From: Candidatus Sumerlaeia bacterium
GTDB lineage: Bacteria > Sumerlaeota > Sumerlaeia > SLMS01
DNA: 38,986 bases
Assembly: GCA_038208905.1 (NCBI GenBank)
Contig: JBBQYG010000016.1
Location: forward strand, 1-38,986
Direction: 5' to 3'
This document shows positions 9,440 to 18,747 of the stretch, one piece after another. The notes under the pieces are model-generated. The model saw only the letters and a program-made list of their open reading frames with translations, searched no databases and was not told the DNA's origin. Position 1 is the stretch's first letter; each line of letters opens with the position of its first letter. The position numbers and the translations under genes are program-made.

Positions 9440-9748
9440 GGTGCCTTACTGACGCGGGAAACTTTGCGGGTTCACTCCGGCATCCCGTAACAGCCGCCGG
9501 GATTCAGGTCGCGAAGGAGGAGTTGCCCCTCAGGTATCGGATCAAGCTCATCTCTTGGTCCACTTCCATCCGCCCGGGGGGTGTAGCGGATCCTCAACCC
9601 ACGATGGTTTGCCCCGCTCCCTTGCAACCGCGGACCTCCTAATCGCTGCCCGACCGAGATCCGATAGCTCTTGCGCGTATTCGTTTTTTCTTCGTGTCGA
9701 GACGAAATCCATTGATTCCGAGGCCACCGATCCAGTAAGCCCCCCCGC
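9440..9748 (-). ncRNA. Putative structured non-coding RNA or long leader (~300 nt), family not identified
   Basis: Nested complementary segments: 9445-9451/9733-9739, 9535-9543/9658-9666, 9557-9563/9630-9636, 9568-9574/9585-9591, plus local hairpins. G-U wobbles work on the minus strand and would be A-C mismatches on plus. No convincing ORF. Confidence 0.5.
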
Positions 9749-9807
9749 TCCGCACGGGGGGATGGGAATGATGCCCGTGCTGCCACGAAACCAAGGAACC
9801 ACCCACC

Positions 9808-10119
9808 ATGTATGTGGAAGTGATCAAGACGGTCGTCAAGCATGGGCAGGCCGAGGCCGCCCGCCGAACTCTCGATAAGTGGATCGCCGCAGCCCGCAAG
9901 CACCCCGGGCATATCTGGGCCAGCTACTTTTCACCCGAGGATGTCTCCGGCGAGGCACTGGGATCCTTTCAGATCGAAGATCCCGAGCGCACCTTCTTCA
10001 TCACCATGGCCTGGGAGAACGACCAGGCCGTTGCCGACTTCTACCGCAAGTACCACGCTGGCCCCGTCAACCTGCTCCCAGGGCAGGAAGTCTACGTGAG
10101 TGGGCACTTTACGGGGTAG
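9808..10119 (+). CDS. Small dimeric alpha-beta barrel (ABM/antibiotic biosynthesis monooxygenase-like) protein
   Basis: 103 aa with ABM pattern MYV..IK..VKHG....PG.....F.....WEN..A...F; AAGGA RBS-like sequence upstream. Confidence 0.7.
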   Translation: MYVEVIKTVVKHGQAEAARRTLDKWIAAARKHPGHIWASYFSPEDVSGEALGSFQIEDPERTFFITMAWENDQAVADFYRKYHAGPVNLLPGQEVYVSGHFTG

Positions 10120-10239
10120 TTTCCCCCGCCCCCCCCGGTCCCAATGGCTGAGCCATGACGTTGGGAATAATGGGAGGCAGGGGGCGATTGGGACCCATTT
10201 CCCGAGGGACGACGCTGTTGAATCCCTCGCCTCCGCCTT

Positions 10240-10314
10240 TAATCGCTCATCCCTCCTCCCTCATCCCTGCCGTTCGTGCCCGCCGTTCATCCCTAATAAA
10301 TCATCCCTCATCCC
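10240..10314. repeat. Heptamer TCATCCC short tandem repeats
   Basis: TCATCCC at 10247, 10261, 10287, 10301, 10308, with in-phase variants TAATCGC (10240), TCCTCCC (10254) and TAATAAA (10294). Confidence 0.75.
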
Positions 10315-10320
10315 TCCCTT

Positions 10321-10932
10321 ATGCCCTTCATCTCCGGAGCCCTCAGCCTTCGCCGCTATCAGATCATGGGCGAGGTTTCGCCTACGCTCGACCGCACCGC
10401 GACGTTGGCGATTCGCCGCTATACCTGGAAGCCGATCGACGACTCGCGCGGCGAGAAGGAGAGCTTTGGCTGGGTGAATCCGCGCCGCCTCCTCGACGAC
10501 CAGTTCTCGTGGGAGGACCTGATGGTCTCGCCCTTTGTTCTGCTGGGCGTGCGCCGCGACCGGAAGACCTTCTCGCCGGTGCTGTTCCGCGCGCGGCGCG
10601 ACAGGCTCTTTGGCGAGACACGCCGCGAGAAGAAGGTCGAGAAGCTGTCCCGCCAGCAGCGCCTCGCGCTCGAGGAAGAGCTGACGATCAAGATGCTGAA
10701 GGAGACCTCCCCCGCCAGCTCCTTCGCCGAACTCCTGTGGGACCTCAATAGCGGCATCGTGTTCATGGGCTCCACGTCGAACCCGCTCTGCGAGCGCATT
10801 CAGGAAGTTTTCGAGGCCACCTTCGACCTCAAGCTGCGCCCCCTGTACCCCGCCCTGACCGGCGCGCAATACATCGCCCTCAACGGACTCGAGGACGAAT
10901 TCCACATCGGCAAGTCCGCGGGCGCGCGATAG
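10321..10932 (+). CDS. Recombination-associated protein RdgC-like (short type)
   Basis: MPFISGALSLRRY..., ESFGWV, LGVRRDRK, W...G...FGS-like segment, FEATFDLKL match the short RdgC family pattern. Confidence 0.75.
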   Translation: MPFISGALSLRRYQIMGEVSPTLDRTATLAIRRYTWKPIDDSRGEKESFGWVNPRRLLDDQFSWEDLMVSPFVLLGVRRDRKTFSPVLFRARRDRLFGETRREKKVEKLSRQQRLALEEELTIKMLKETSPASSFAELLWDLNSGIVFMGSTSNPLCERIQEVFEATFDLKLRPLYPALTGAQYIALNGLEDEFHIGKSAGAR

Positions 10933-10968
10933 TCCGCGCCGCGACGGACGACCCTGGGACACCCCTCC

Positions 10969-11952
10969 ATGAACATCCTCATCACCGGCGGCGCGGGCTA
11001 CATCGGCAGCGTCACCACTGAATACCTGCGCCAGCGCGGCGACACCGTGGTGGTGGTGGACAACCTCTCCACCGGCCATCGCGCGGCGGTGGCGCCGGAG
11101 GTCCCCTTTCACCAGATCGACCTACGGGACACCGCCGCCCTCCGCCAGGCGATGTCGAGCCATCGCATCGATGCCGTGGTTCACTTTGCCGCCTTCAGCC
11201 TGGTGGGCGAGTCGGTCACGAATCCCGCCAAGTACATGGACAATAACGTGGCCGGTACGCTGTCGCTCCTGCGCGCGATGATCGACTGCGGCGTACCCCG
11301 CATTGTGTTCTCCTCCACGGCGGCGACCTACGGCGAGCCACAGGCAGTGCCGATCACGGAGACTCATCCCACTGTCCCCACGAATCCCTATGGCCTATCC
11401 AAGCTGATCATCGAGAATGTCCTCGGCGCCTACTCCGCTGCTCACGGCATTGAGTACGTCGCGCTGCGCTACTTCAACGCCTGCGGGGCGATTCCAACGC
11501 GGGGCGAGGATCATCGCCCGGAATCGCACCTGATTCCGCTCGTGCTTCAGGTGGCCCTCGGCCAGCGTCCGCACGTCAGCGTTTTCGGCACCGACTACGA
11601 CACCCCCGACGGCACCTGTGTCCGCGACTATGTCCACGTGCATGACCTCGCCGATGCTCACGCGCGGGCGCTCGACTACCTGGCGGGCGGGGGAGCGTCC
11701 ACCGCCTGCAACCTCGGCAGCGGGCGCGGCTTCTCCGTCAAGGAAGTCATTTCCACCTGCCGTGGCGTCAGCGGGCGCGAGATCGCCATTCGGGAGGGCG
11801 CGCGGCGCGCGGGCGATCCCTCGCGGCTTGTGGCGGATGCGACCCGCGCGCGGACGCTGCTCGGCTGGCAGCCGTCGCGACCCGACTTGGACACCATCGT
11901 GCGCGACGCATGGGCGTGGCACGTGGAGAGACCGGGCGGATACGCGGAGTAG
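10969..11952 (+). CDS. galE: UDP-glucose 4-epimerase
   Basis: GGAGYIGS, HFAAFSLVGES, FSSTAATYG, YGLSK (YxxxK), LRYFNA, DGTCVRDYVHV. Confidence 0.96.
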   Translation: MNILITGGAGYIGSVTTEYLRQRGDTVVVVDNLSTGHRAAVAPEVPFHQIDLRDTAALRQAMSSHRIDAVVHFAAFSLVGESVTNPAKYMDNNVAGTLSLLRAMIDCGVPRIVFSSTAATYGEPQAVPITETHPTVPTNPYGLSKLIIENVLGAYSAAHGIEYVALRYFNACGAIPTRGEDHRPESHLIPLVLQVALGQRPHVSVFGTDYDTPDGTCVRDYVHVHDLADAHARALDYLAGGGASTACNLGSGRGFSVKEVISTCRGVSGREIAIREGARRAGDPSRLVADATRARTLLGWQPSRPDLDTIVRDAWAWHVERPGGYAE

Positions 11953-11992
11953 GGGCGCGACGCAGCTGCCTTTCACACACTTGCATCCAACG

Positions 11993-12031
11993 AAAAAGGC
12001 CGGGGCGATCAGCGTGATCGCCCCGGCCTTT
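11993..12031. terminator. Bidirectional intrinsic terminator between convergent genes
   Basis: Perfect 17-bp stem AAAGGCCGGGGCGATCA-gcg-TGATCGCCCCGGCCTTT with A/T tracts on both sides. Confidence 0.9.
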
Positions 12032-12059
12032 ATGTCTGCGATTCAACCCGCCAATTCCC

Positions 12060-14762
12060 TCACGGGAACGGGATGAAGGGGATGTTGCCCTGAATTTCCT
12101 GATAGAGGAACGTCGCATCGAGCGCGTCGGTCGAGCCGTTGCGATTGATGTCGGTGTTCTCGTCCGTTGCAAGCGTCGGCGCCAGACCGAGGAAGTCCTC
12201 CAGAATGTTGATCGCGTCGGAGACGTTCACGATGCCGCTGGTGTTGGCATCGCCGATCGGCGGGCGGCCCGTCAGCGTGGGCGCCTGATTGTAGGCGTAC
12301 TCGAACCCGTCGCGGACGCCGTCGTTGTCGAAGTCGGGGTTGGCGGGCTGCGGATCGTAGAAGTCCGGGATCAGGTCCGCGTCCGTATCGACGCGATTGG
12401 CGACAAGCGGATCCAGATTGCTGTTCGGGTTGGTGCCGATGGCAACCTCGACGCCGTCCTCGACGCCATCGCCGTCGCTGTCGCGATTGCCCGGCAGCGT
12501 GCCGAGAATGGTCTCCAGATCATCGGGAAGCCCATCGCGGTCGGTATCCGTTAGCGATGTGATGACGCTGATGCTGAAAGTTCCCGTTACGGCCTCTGTA
12601 TAGCCGTCGCTCACCGAGAAGGCGAACGAGTCGGTCGTCCCCGCGAGGGTGTTGGTGTAGGTTACGTTGCCGTTGTCGATATCGAGCTGCGTGAAAGTCA
12701 AAAGCGACAGCGTGCCGATCATCGTCGGCGTCGTGACCGTGTAGGTCAGTCCCGCAGGGCCCTGCTCCGGGTCGGTGGTGTTGAGGCGACCCGTGGTGAT
12801 GGCCGCCGTCGCGTTCTGCACCACGGTCAGCCCGGCATTCACGTCGATGCTCGGCTGGAAGGAAACCGCGCCGATCGTGTGCCCGTCGCTGGCGGCGCCA
12901 ACGGCGGGGGAGTTGTCCACGTCCGGCGTATAGATCGCGACCGTGTCGGCGCCGGTGCCGGCGAAGAGCGGATCGCCCAACACCGCGGCCGCGTCAGTCA
13001 CGCCATTGAGGAACATCGCAGCGTTGTCGAAGTACAGGTTGTTGTTCACCGTTGCGGTTGCATTGCCGACGACGGCAAAGGCAACAGCGCTGGAGCGAAT
13101 GTCCTTCATTTCGATATTCAGGCTGTTAACCGTGCTCGATGCCGTGCTGCCCGTCGTCTCGTTGAATGGCCAGAAGGCCACGAGACGGGAGTCAGCGGAG
13201 AAAGCGGAGCCGCCGCCCGTGCGGAGAGACTCAAGCTCGGCGGGCGCGAGGACATCATTGAAGAGGATCATGTCGTCGATCTGGCCGTCGAAGAGCCGTG
13301 ACGAGTCACCCGGGTCGTTGCCAAAGGTGAACACGCCGGAGGTCGTGTCGGTCGGCGTGGTCCATCCGGAAATGTTCTGGTCGTTCGCCACGAGATAGGT
13401 GCTCTCCGACACCGCAGTCGCCTGGTCACCCGTATAAACGCGGGCGATGGCCGTCCCCTGATCCCAGGTGTACTGGACCAGCTTCCAGCTTGTGGTGCCC
13501 TGGCTGCCGCTCGGAATCACGAACTCGGATCCACCGTAGGGCCTCATGTAGAACTGCCCGCTGGTGTTGCTGCGATACTGGAACTCCAGGCCCGTATCGT
13601 TTCCAGGCCCTTCGAGGATCTGGTTCCGCTTCCCGATATTGTCGAGCTTCACCCAAATACTCATCGTCCCCTTGGCGCCAACATTGAGCGCCGCGTTGGC
13701 GACGATCTCGCCGAACGAGTTGATGCCATCCAGCTCGATGGCGCCGCCAAAGACGCCTCCAGCCTGCCACGTGTGCGCGGGTCCGGCGGGGGGCGGTTCC
13801 GCCTTGTAGCCGGTGAAGATATTGTCCCTGATTGTCAGCGGGCTCGCCGTGTAGTTCGCGGTCGTGCTCGCGTCGATCCCGCGCATCTGCGGGACGCGGC
13901 CACCCTGGTTCGTCGTCGAGGAATCCTGGAAGACGAATGTGTTGTGGCTGATCTCCGCGGTGCGCCCCGCCGTCAGCGTCCCGACTAAGATGTTGTAGAG
14001 CAAGGTGCCGTCGCTCTGGAACCCATAGTTTGGATCGCTCGCTGGGAGGAGACCACCCGCATCATAGACGCCGACGCGCGAAATAAAGAAGTTCCTGCGG
14101 ATCACCAGATTCTGGCCGCTCGCGCCGTCGAACAGGATGGACCCCTGCTGAAAGTGGCTCTGTGCGAAGACATTGTCCTCGATGATCATCGTGCCCGGGG
14201 AGCCGATCGTGTTGTTATTGATGTCGATCACTTCGCGGTTCATGTACCCCTCGAACACGCAGCCGCGAATGACGGTATTCGTGGAGTTATTGTTGACGAA
14301 GATACCGCGGCGCGCATAATTGATATCGAAATGGACGTTCTCGAAAGTTGTGTTGGCGACTGTCGTCGTCGCGCCGGAGCCGCGGTAGATCGTCGGGCCC
14401 TCGCCGTTTCCATAGGCGATTGTCAGGTCGCGCAACGTCACATTCGCCGCGGTGATGATGACGGTTGAGGTGTCAGTTCCCGGGGCGGTGGTATGGGTGA
14501 TAATCGTCTGGCCCATCCCGGCGCCCACGATGGTGAGCTGCTTGTTGATGGTCATCGAGGTCACGGTGTTTGCGTATGTCCCCGCCGCAACCTGGAGCGT
14601 ATCGCCGTTCGCCACGCTCGCATTCGCGATCGCGAGCTGGATGGTTGTGAAGTCCGCGCCAGATGGCCCGACTGTCCAAACCGCCGCGAATCCGGCCCCT
14701 GGGACTGCCAGCAGCGCGATGCCCAGCGCCGCGCCCTTCAAGCAATTCGTTCTCTTCTTCAT
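12060..14762 (-). CDS. Secreted protein: right-handed beta-helix, LamG-like domain, cadherin/CSPG-like repeat, TSP3-like Ca-binding repeats, dockerin-like C-terminus (900 aa)
   Basis: Signal peptide MKKRTNCLKGAALG...GFA; DFTTIQLAI..GDTLQVAAGTY; TMSIWVK...FDGQIDDMILFNDVL...LVAFWPFNE; FTQLDIDNGNVTY; DTDRDGLPD and DSDGDGVED; GDANTSGIVNVSDA and DINRNGSTDALDA. ATG 14762 with AGAGG upstream. Confidence 0.85.
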   Translation of the reverse strand: MKKRTNCLKGAALGIALLAVPGAGFAAVWTVGPSGADFTTIQLAIANASVANGDTLQVAAGTYANTVTSMTINKQLTIVGAGMGQTIITHTTAPGTDTSTVIITAANVTLRDLTIAYGNGEGPTIYRGSGATTTVANTTFENVHFDINYARRGIFVNNNSTNTVIRGCVFEGYMNREVIDINNNTIGSPGTMIIEDNVFAQSHFQQGSILFDGASGQNLVIRRNFFISRVGVYDAGGLLPASDPNYGFQSDGTLLYNILVGTLTAGRTAEISHNTFVFQDSSTTNQGGRVPQMRGIDASTTANYTASPLTIRDNIFTGYKAEPPPAGPAHTWQAGGVFGGAIELDGINSFGEIVANAALNVGAKGTMSIWVKLDNIGKRNQILEGPGNDTGLEFQYRSNTSGQFYMRPYGGSEFVIPSGSQGTTSWKLVQYTWDQGTAIARVYTGDQATAVSESTYLVANDQNISGWTTPTDTTSGVFTFGNDPGDSSRLFDGQIDDMILFNDVLAPAELESLRTGGGSAFSADSRLVAFWPFNETTGSTASSTVNSLNIEMKDIRSSAVAFAVVGNATATVNNNLYFDNAAMFLNGVTDAAAVLGDPLFAGTGADTVAIYTPDVDNSPAVGAASDGHTIGAVSFQPSIDVNAGLTVVQNATAAITTGRLNTTDPEQGPAGLTYTVTTPTMIGTLSLLTFTQLDIDNGNVTYTNTLAGTTDSFAFSVSDGYTEAVTGTFSISVITSLTDTDRDGLPDDLETILGTLPGNRDSDGDGVEDGVEVAIGTNPNSNLDPLVANRVDTDADLIPDFYDPQPANPDFDNDGVRDGFEYAYNQAPTLTGRPPIGDANTSGIVNVSDAINILEDFLGLAPTLATDENTDINRNGSTDALDATFLYQEIQGNIPFIPFP

Positions 14763-14922
14763 GCGGGTATCCTCTAGGATGACGTCAAAGAGTTCGTCCA
14801 GCCGGAAACTACCGGCGGCCGGCAACGATGGGGTGTCCATTGCAACTGGAGCGAACTTCCTCTAAGCGTCCTTAGTCAAGGACGATGGTGGTTTTGGCAT
14901 AGAACTGAGGAAAAAATCAGGT

Positions 14923-15996
14923 TTATTCCGATGTCTTACATGAAAAAAGCAGCTTCCATACCAATTCGGCAGCCACTCCATCACCATTGAGTCTCACCTC
15001 GGGCCAGACAAAGCCGCTCGACGCCGAATCGCGCGCCAAATCGTAGAAGCGCGGCGACGCGGCTTCTAGAATCTCGATCCGTGAATGCGGCATCAGGCGA
15101 TCCATCCACTCGATCAAATAAGGCGTCTCGGCAAATCCACCCCGTGGCAGGTGCAACAGGGGGCGACGCGCGGCCATGCACTCACCAACAATTCCATAGC
15201 CGGGTTTGCCGAAGACGACATCGCTGGCCGCAACGAGGTCGGGGAAGCGGTCCTGCCAATCGGGTCCGGGAATCAGCACACGATCCGCGTGAAACGGGGA
15301 GAATGAAACAAATCGAACTCCCCGGGGTGTCGGTGCCATGCTGCGCGATCCGAGTTCGCCGCCCCGCAGGACGACCAGCACCACGAACTCGTCTCGCGCG
15401 ATGCCAAGGGCGGCCCGCGTCTCCTCACGCGGCGCCTTGGGATGGCGCGTGATGATCGGGATGCTTTCTTTCCGCGGAAATGCGGTGATTGGATGGCCGA
15501 GGGGGACTTCCAGTCCCAGCGTGGTTTTTGCGTAGAACCCCCGAATGCGCGCGACGAGGTCGGCACTCCCGGGATAGTCCTCGTAGATGCGGTCCCATGT
15601 GAAGTTCGCGATCGCCACGGAGGGAATCCCCGCACGGTGGGCGATCTCCGACGCGAGCGGCGGCACATCTGACAGGACAATATCCACGCGCTGCCGATGG
15701 AGAAAGTCCACCTCGCGCGATACGATCTCTTCTTCCCGCGAGTGTAGCTCCCTCAGCGCCGTAATGGTTGCCACTGGATCGGTGAAGAGGACATCGCGCT
15801 CAATCGCGCCAACGTCGATCTGGACCCGCTCGATGTGCAGGGGGGGCGCCAGGGCCTCGCGGAAGAAGCGCTCTGGCGCCATCGTCCGAATCGCCAGCCA
15901 CGCGTCGGGGTCCCGGACACGAATCGCGCGAAGCACCGCCAGCAACCGCGTCGCATGGCCATAGCCGTGGCCCGTGATATACGTGGCGATCCGCAC
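14923..15996 (-). CDS. GT-B fold glycosyltransferase-like protein (resembles the N-terminal domain of plant L-arabinokinase)
   Basis: YITGHGYGHATR, SDVPPLA, NFTWD.IY, DVVFGKPGYGIVGEC, RGGFAE. Confidence 0.8.
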   Translation of the reverse strand: MRIATYITGHGYGHATRLLAVLRAIRVRDPDAWLAIRTMAPERFFREALAPPLHIERVQIDVGAIERDVLFTDPVATITALRELHSREEEIVSREVDFLHRQRVDIVLSDVPPLASEIAHRAGIPSVAIANFTWDRIYEDYPGSADLVARIRGFYAKTTLGLEVPLGHPITAFPRKESIPIITRHPKAPREETRAALGIARDEFVVLVVLRGGELGSRSMAPTPRGVRFVSFSPFHADRVLIPGPDWQDRFPDLVAASDVVFGKPGYGIVGECMAARRPLLHLPRGGFAETPYLIEWMDRLMPHSRIEILEAASPRFYDLARDSASSGFVWPEVRLNGDGVAAELVWKLLFSCKTSE

Positions 15997-16000
15997 GGAA

Positions 16001-17731
16001 TTACGGGACCGCCAGCTTTACCTGCGTCGTGCGGTCGGCCTGGATGGCGACCTGCTGGGTCAGCAGTTCGCCCTTCTTGGACGAATACTTGATCGGATAC
16101 GAACCCGGCTTCAGATTCGGAATTCCAAAGAATCCATCCGCGCTGGAAAGGTAGATCGTCGAATCGCCCGGGAGGGAAATCCACGCATCCACCAAGGGCT
16201 TCCCCTCCGCGTTCACAACGTAGCCCATCAATTGGCCCGCGCGGCCGGCTGCCATGTGCGCCGGCACGGGCACGGTCGCCTTGCGCGGATACATCTGGCG
16301 TCCGGCGGCGATCCACTCCTCTGGCTTGCCCGCGGAGAAATGGTACATCAGGTTCCCGTTCATCCCCAGCGCCCGCGACAGCGCCACATACCGCACTTGC
16401 ATTGGCGACAGTGGCTGGACATCGCCATACTTTCCCAACGCCGACCCAAGCCAGATGGGCCGCCCCGACTTGTTGTTTCGGACCCAGTCGCGCGCAAGCG
16501 TCCCCACGTTGGGCTCCGGATCGGGAAGGTCCCAATACACCTGCGGCATGAGCGCATCCAGCACGCCAAGCCGCAGCCAGCGCTCGGGCTCCACGCCGAA
16601 CCCGCCGCAATCGTTAAAGCGGCTGTAGCCGGGAATACGCGACTTGTCGGCAATTCCAAACGGCGACGCGGTGATCAGCAGGCGGGTGTCCTTGGCCTTG
16701 GCCTGCACATACACGTCGCGCAGGAATCGGGTAAGCTGATCGCGCTGCCACCCGCCATAGTCCTTCATCAGGTTCGGATTCCCGCGCCCGGCAAAGCGCG
16801 CCACACTCACCGGATCGCGAGAGATGCCATGCGGGTTCCCCGTCCGATCATCCCAGTGCAGCCCCTGCACTTGGTACTTCTCAAGGAAGTTCATCACCTG
16901 GCGCCGCACGTAGGCATTTACCTCGGGATTGCCGTGGGTCAGCCACACATAGTCTGAATCGCCAAAGACGCGGGGCTTCCCCGATGCGTCGTGCAGAACG
17001 CCGTTGGCGCGGCCCGGCGCGCTGGTATCCGCAAAGCGATAGAACGGATGGCTGCGGTCGGCGGGGGGCTTTTTATCGCCCGCCTGCCAGATCACCGAGA
17101 GGTTCATCCACGCGTGGAATTCGATGCCGTTCTTGCGCGCCTCCGCGATGGCGAACGCTACGGGGTCGATGCTGCGCGCGCCGGAGGAGAGGAGTGGCGA
17201 CCACGGTTCCTCCGCGGAGGGAAACAGCGTGTCTCCCTGGCCACGCACCTGGAATACCACAGCGTTCAAGTTGGCTTGGCCCATCGTGGAAAAGACCTCG
17301 GAGAGCTTCCGCTGGATGTCCGGTGCGCCGCCGCGTGTCCACTCAAAGCGCTGGACCCACGCGCCGCGAAACTCCGCCGCCGGATAGGCGTCCGTGGGCC
17401 TCACCTTCAGAGACCGAGTATTCCCATCGGTCCCAGAGGCGTCGCGCGCCCGGACCATGTACTCATAGTCGCGCCCTGGCTGAAGCCCCGTCAGGACCCA
17501 CTCGTTTCCCTTCACCTCCGCCACTGGCTTGGCCATGTCCCAGCCGTTGGCGGCCTTCTGGTGGATGAGATATGTCACGGAGCCCTTGGCATTGTCGCCA
17601 CCCGCCCGTTCCCATCTCAGGACCGCCGCCCCCGGCGCTGGCAGGGCCTCGGCCAGCCCGCCAAACGAGGGGGCGGCCACGGACAGACCCGGAACTATCA
17701 ATGCGGCACAGCAAATCAGGAATCGACGCAC
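16001..17731 (-). CDS. Secreted glycosyl hydrolase-like family 10 (YddW-like) protein with N-terminal FN3 and C-terminal carboxypeptidase-regulatory-like domain
   Basis: GTG 17731 then signal peptide; FN3 LTGLQPGRDYEYMVRA; EFRGAWV, NLNAVVFQVRGQGD..FPS..EPWS, GIEFHAWMN, GLHWDD, DALMPQVYW. Confidence 0.88.
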   Translation of the reverse strand: MRRFLICCAALIVPGLSVAAPSFGGLAEALPAPGAAVLRWERAGGDNAKGSVTYLIHQKAANGWDMAKPVAEVKGNEWVLTGLQPGRDYEYMVRARDASGTDGNTRSLKVRPTDAYPAAEFRGAWVQRFEWTRGGAPDIQRKLSEVFSTMGQANLNAVVFQVRGQGDTLFPSAEEPWSPLLSSGARSIDPVAFAIAEARKNGIEFHAWMNLSVIWQAGDKKPPADRSHPFYRFADTSAPGRANGVLHDASGKPRVFGDSDYVWLTHGNPEVNAYVRRQVMNFLEKYQVQGLHWDDRTGNPHGISRDPVSVARFAGRGNPNLMKDYGGWQRDQLTRFLRDVYVQAKAKDTRLLITASPFGIADKSRIPGYSRFNDCGGFGVEPERWLRLGVLDALMPQVYWDLPDPEPNVGTLARDWVRNNKSGRPIWLGSALGKYGDVQPLSPMQVRYVALSRALGMNGNLMYHFSAGKPEEWIAAGRQMYPRKATVPVPAHMAAGRAGQLMGYVVNAEGKPLVDAWISLPGDSTIYLSSADGFFGIPNLKPGSYPIKYSSKKGELLTQQVAIQADRTTQVKLAVP

Positions 17732-17901
17732 AGGGAAACCTCGCGCGAGGGTGTGTTCAATCTCAGCCAGCGCGGGAGGGAACCAGCACGGGCGTGAGAG
17801 AGGAAAGTAAAATCCGGGCGGCTGCAGAGGACGGACTTGATTCCCATCCGGAACTCCCTGATCGTCTTCCGCAGGAACTCCCACCCATAGCAGAACGGTT
17901 G

Positions 17902-18747
17902 ATGCCCGCTCCTTCATACGTCGCGTATATCGATGAATCCGGCGACGAGGGATTCTCCTTTCACAGGGATTCCTCCCAATGGTTCGTTCTTGCATGCGCC
18001 GTCTATCGCCGAACTGCCGAACTCGACCAGCTTAAAATCATCGACGAAGTCCGCTCGGCCATCAACGAAAATTGGAAACGGATCAATCCCGGCAAGGGCC
18101 AGCGCCTCGCAGATAGGCAGCCCTTGCATTTCCGGAATCCGAAGCACGACGAACGCCGCCTTTGGATCGCAAAAATCGCACAGACCAGAGTCCGAGCTTT
18201 GGCGGCGCTCATCGATAAGACGCTGCTGACATCGCCCGAGATTTTCCGGAAGGACAACAGCCTCTATCACTACGCCGTAAGGCTGCTGGTAGAGCGCGTC
18301 TCGTGGCTATGCGGGGACGCCCCCCGCCAACGCGGAGATCAAGGTGACGGGTCAGTTCTCCTTACATTTTCCAACCGAAGCACGCTAGACTGCGAAGCGA
18401 TTTCTGACTATCTGCGCCATCTCGAAACTTCGCGAGAGGCACTCGACTATCGCGCGGAATCCTCCGTAATCAGGCCAAGCCAGGTCGAAACTTACTCGGC
18501 TGGCAAGCGACTGGGATTGCAGGTGGCCGACGCTGTTGCCTCAGGGCTCTACTTTGCCGTCACAAAGAATAGGTTCGGCATGACCGAGCCATCCTATGCA
18601 CAGGCGCTTTCACCGATCATCTATCGGCACAACGGTAACGCCTGGGGCTACGGCGCAAAACTCTTGCCCGCCGAGGCGGAAGAGGCTCGCCGCAGGGGTG
18701 AAATACTCAAAGGGCTTGAAGATTGGGACGTGAGCCCCGGGCCGTAG
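17902..18747 (+). CDS. DUF3800 family protein (predicted RNase H-like fold)
   Basis: N-terminal YIDESGD and C-terminal GLQVADAVA (QxxD) signatures; LHFR motif; codon usage visibly less GC3-biased than neighbours. Confidence 0.88.
   Translation: MPAPSYVAYIDESGDEGFSFHRDSSQWFVLACAVYRRTAELDQLKIIDEVRSAINENWKRINPGKGQRLADRQPLHFRNPKHDERRLWIAKIAQTRVRALAALIDKTLLTSPEIFRKDNSLYHYAVRLLVERVSWLCGDAPRQRGDQGDGSVLLTFSNRSTLDCEAISDYLRHLETSREALDYRAESSVIRPSQVETYSAGKRLGLQVADAVASGLYFAVTKNRFGMTEPSYAQALSPIIYRHNGNAWGYGAKLLPAEAEEARRRGEILKGLEDWDVSPGP

Noticed and set aside
9440-9748. Identification as tmRNA, SRP RNA, RNase P or cobalamin riboswitch
   Set aside because: No T-arm/CCA end or tag ORF ending in AA-stop; CAGGTCGCGAAGGAGG only loosely resembles SRP helix 8 and cannot form it; no GAGGAAAGUCC; no B12 box.
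10240-10320. CRISPR array
   Set aside because: 7-nt units without unique spacers, and no cas genes.
8270-14762. Identical MKKRT start on two large secreted proteins
   Set aside because: Basic n-regions are generic to Sec signal peptides; five residues are not enough evidence.
17850-17882. Direct repeat GGAACTCCC x2 upstream of the DUF3800 gene as target-site duplication
   Set aside because: Both copies are on the same side of the gene and no matching copy was seen downstream.
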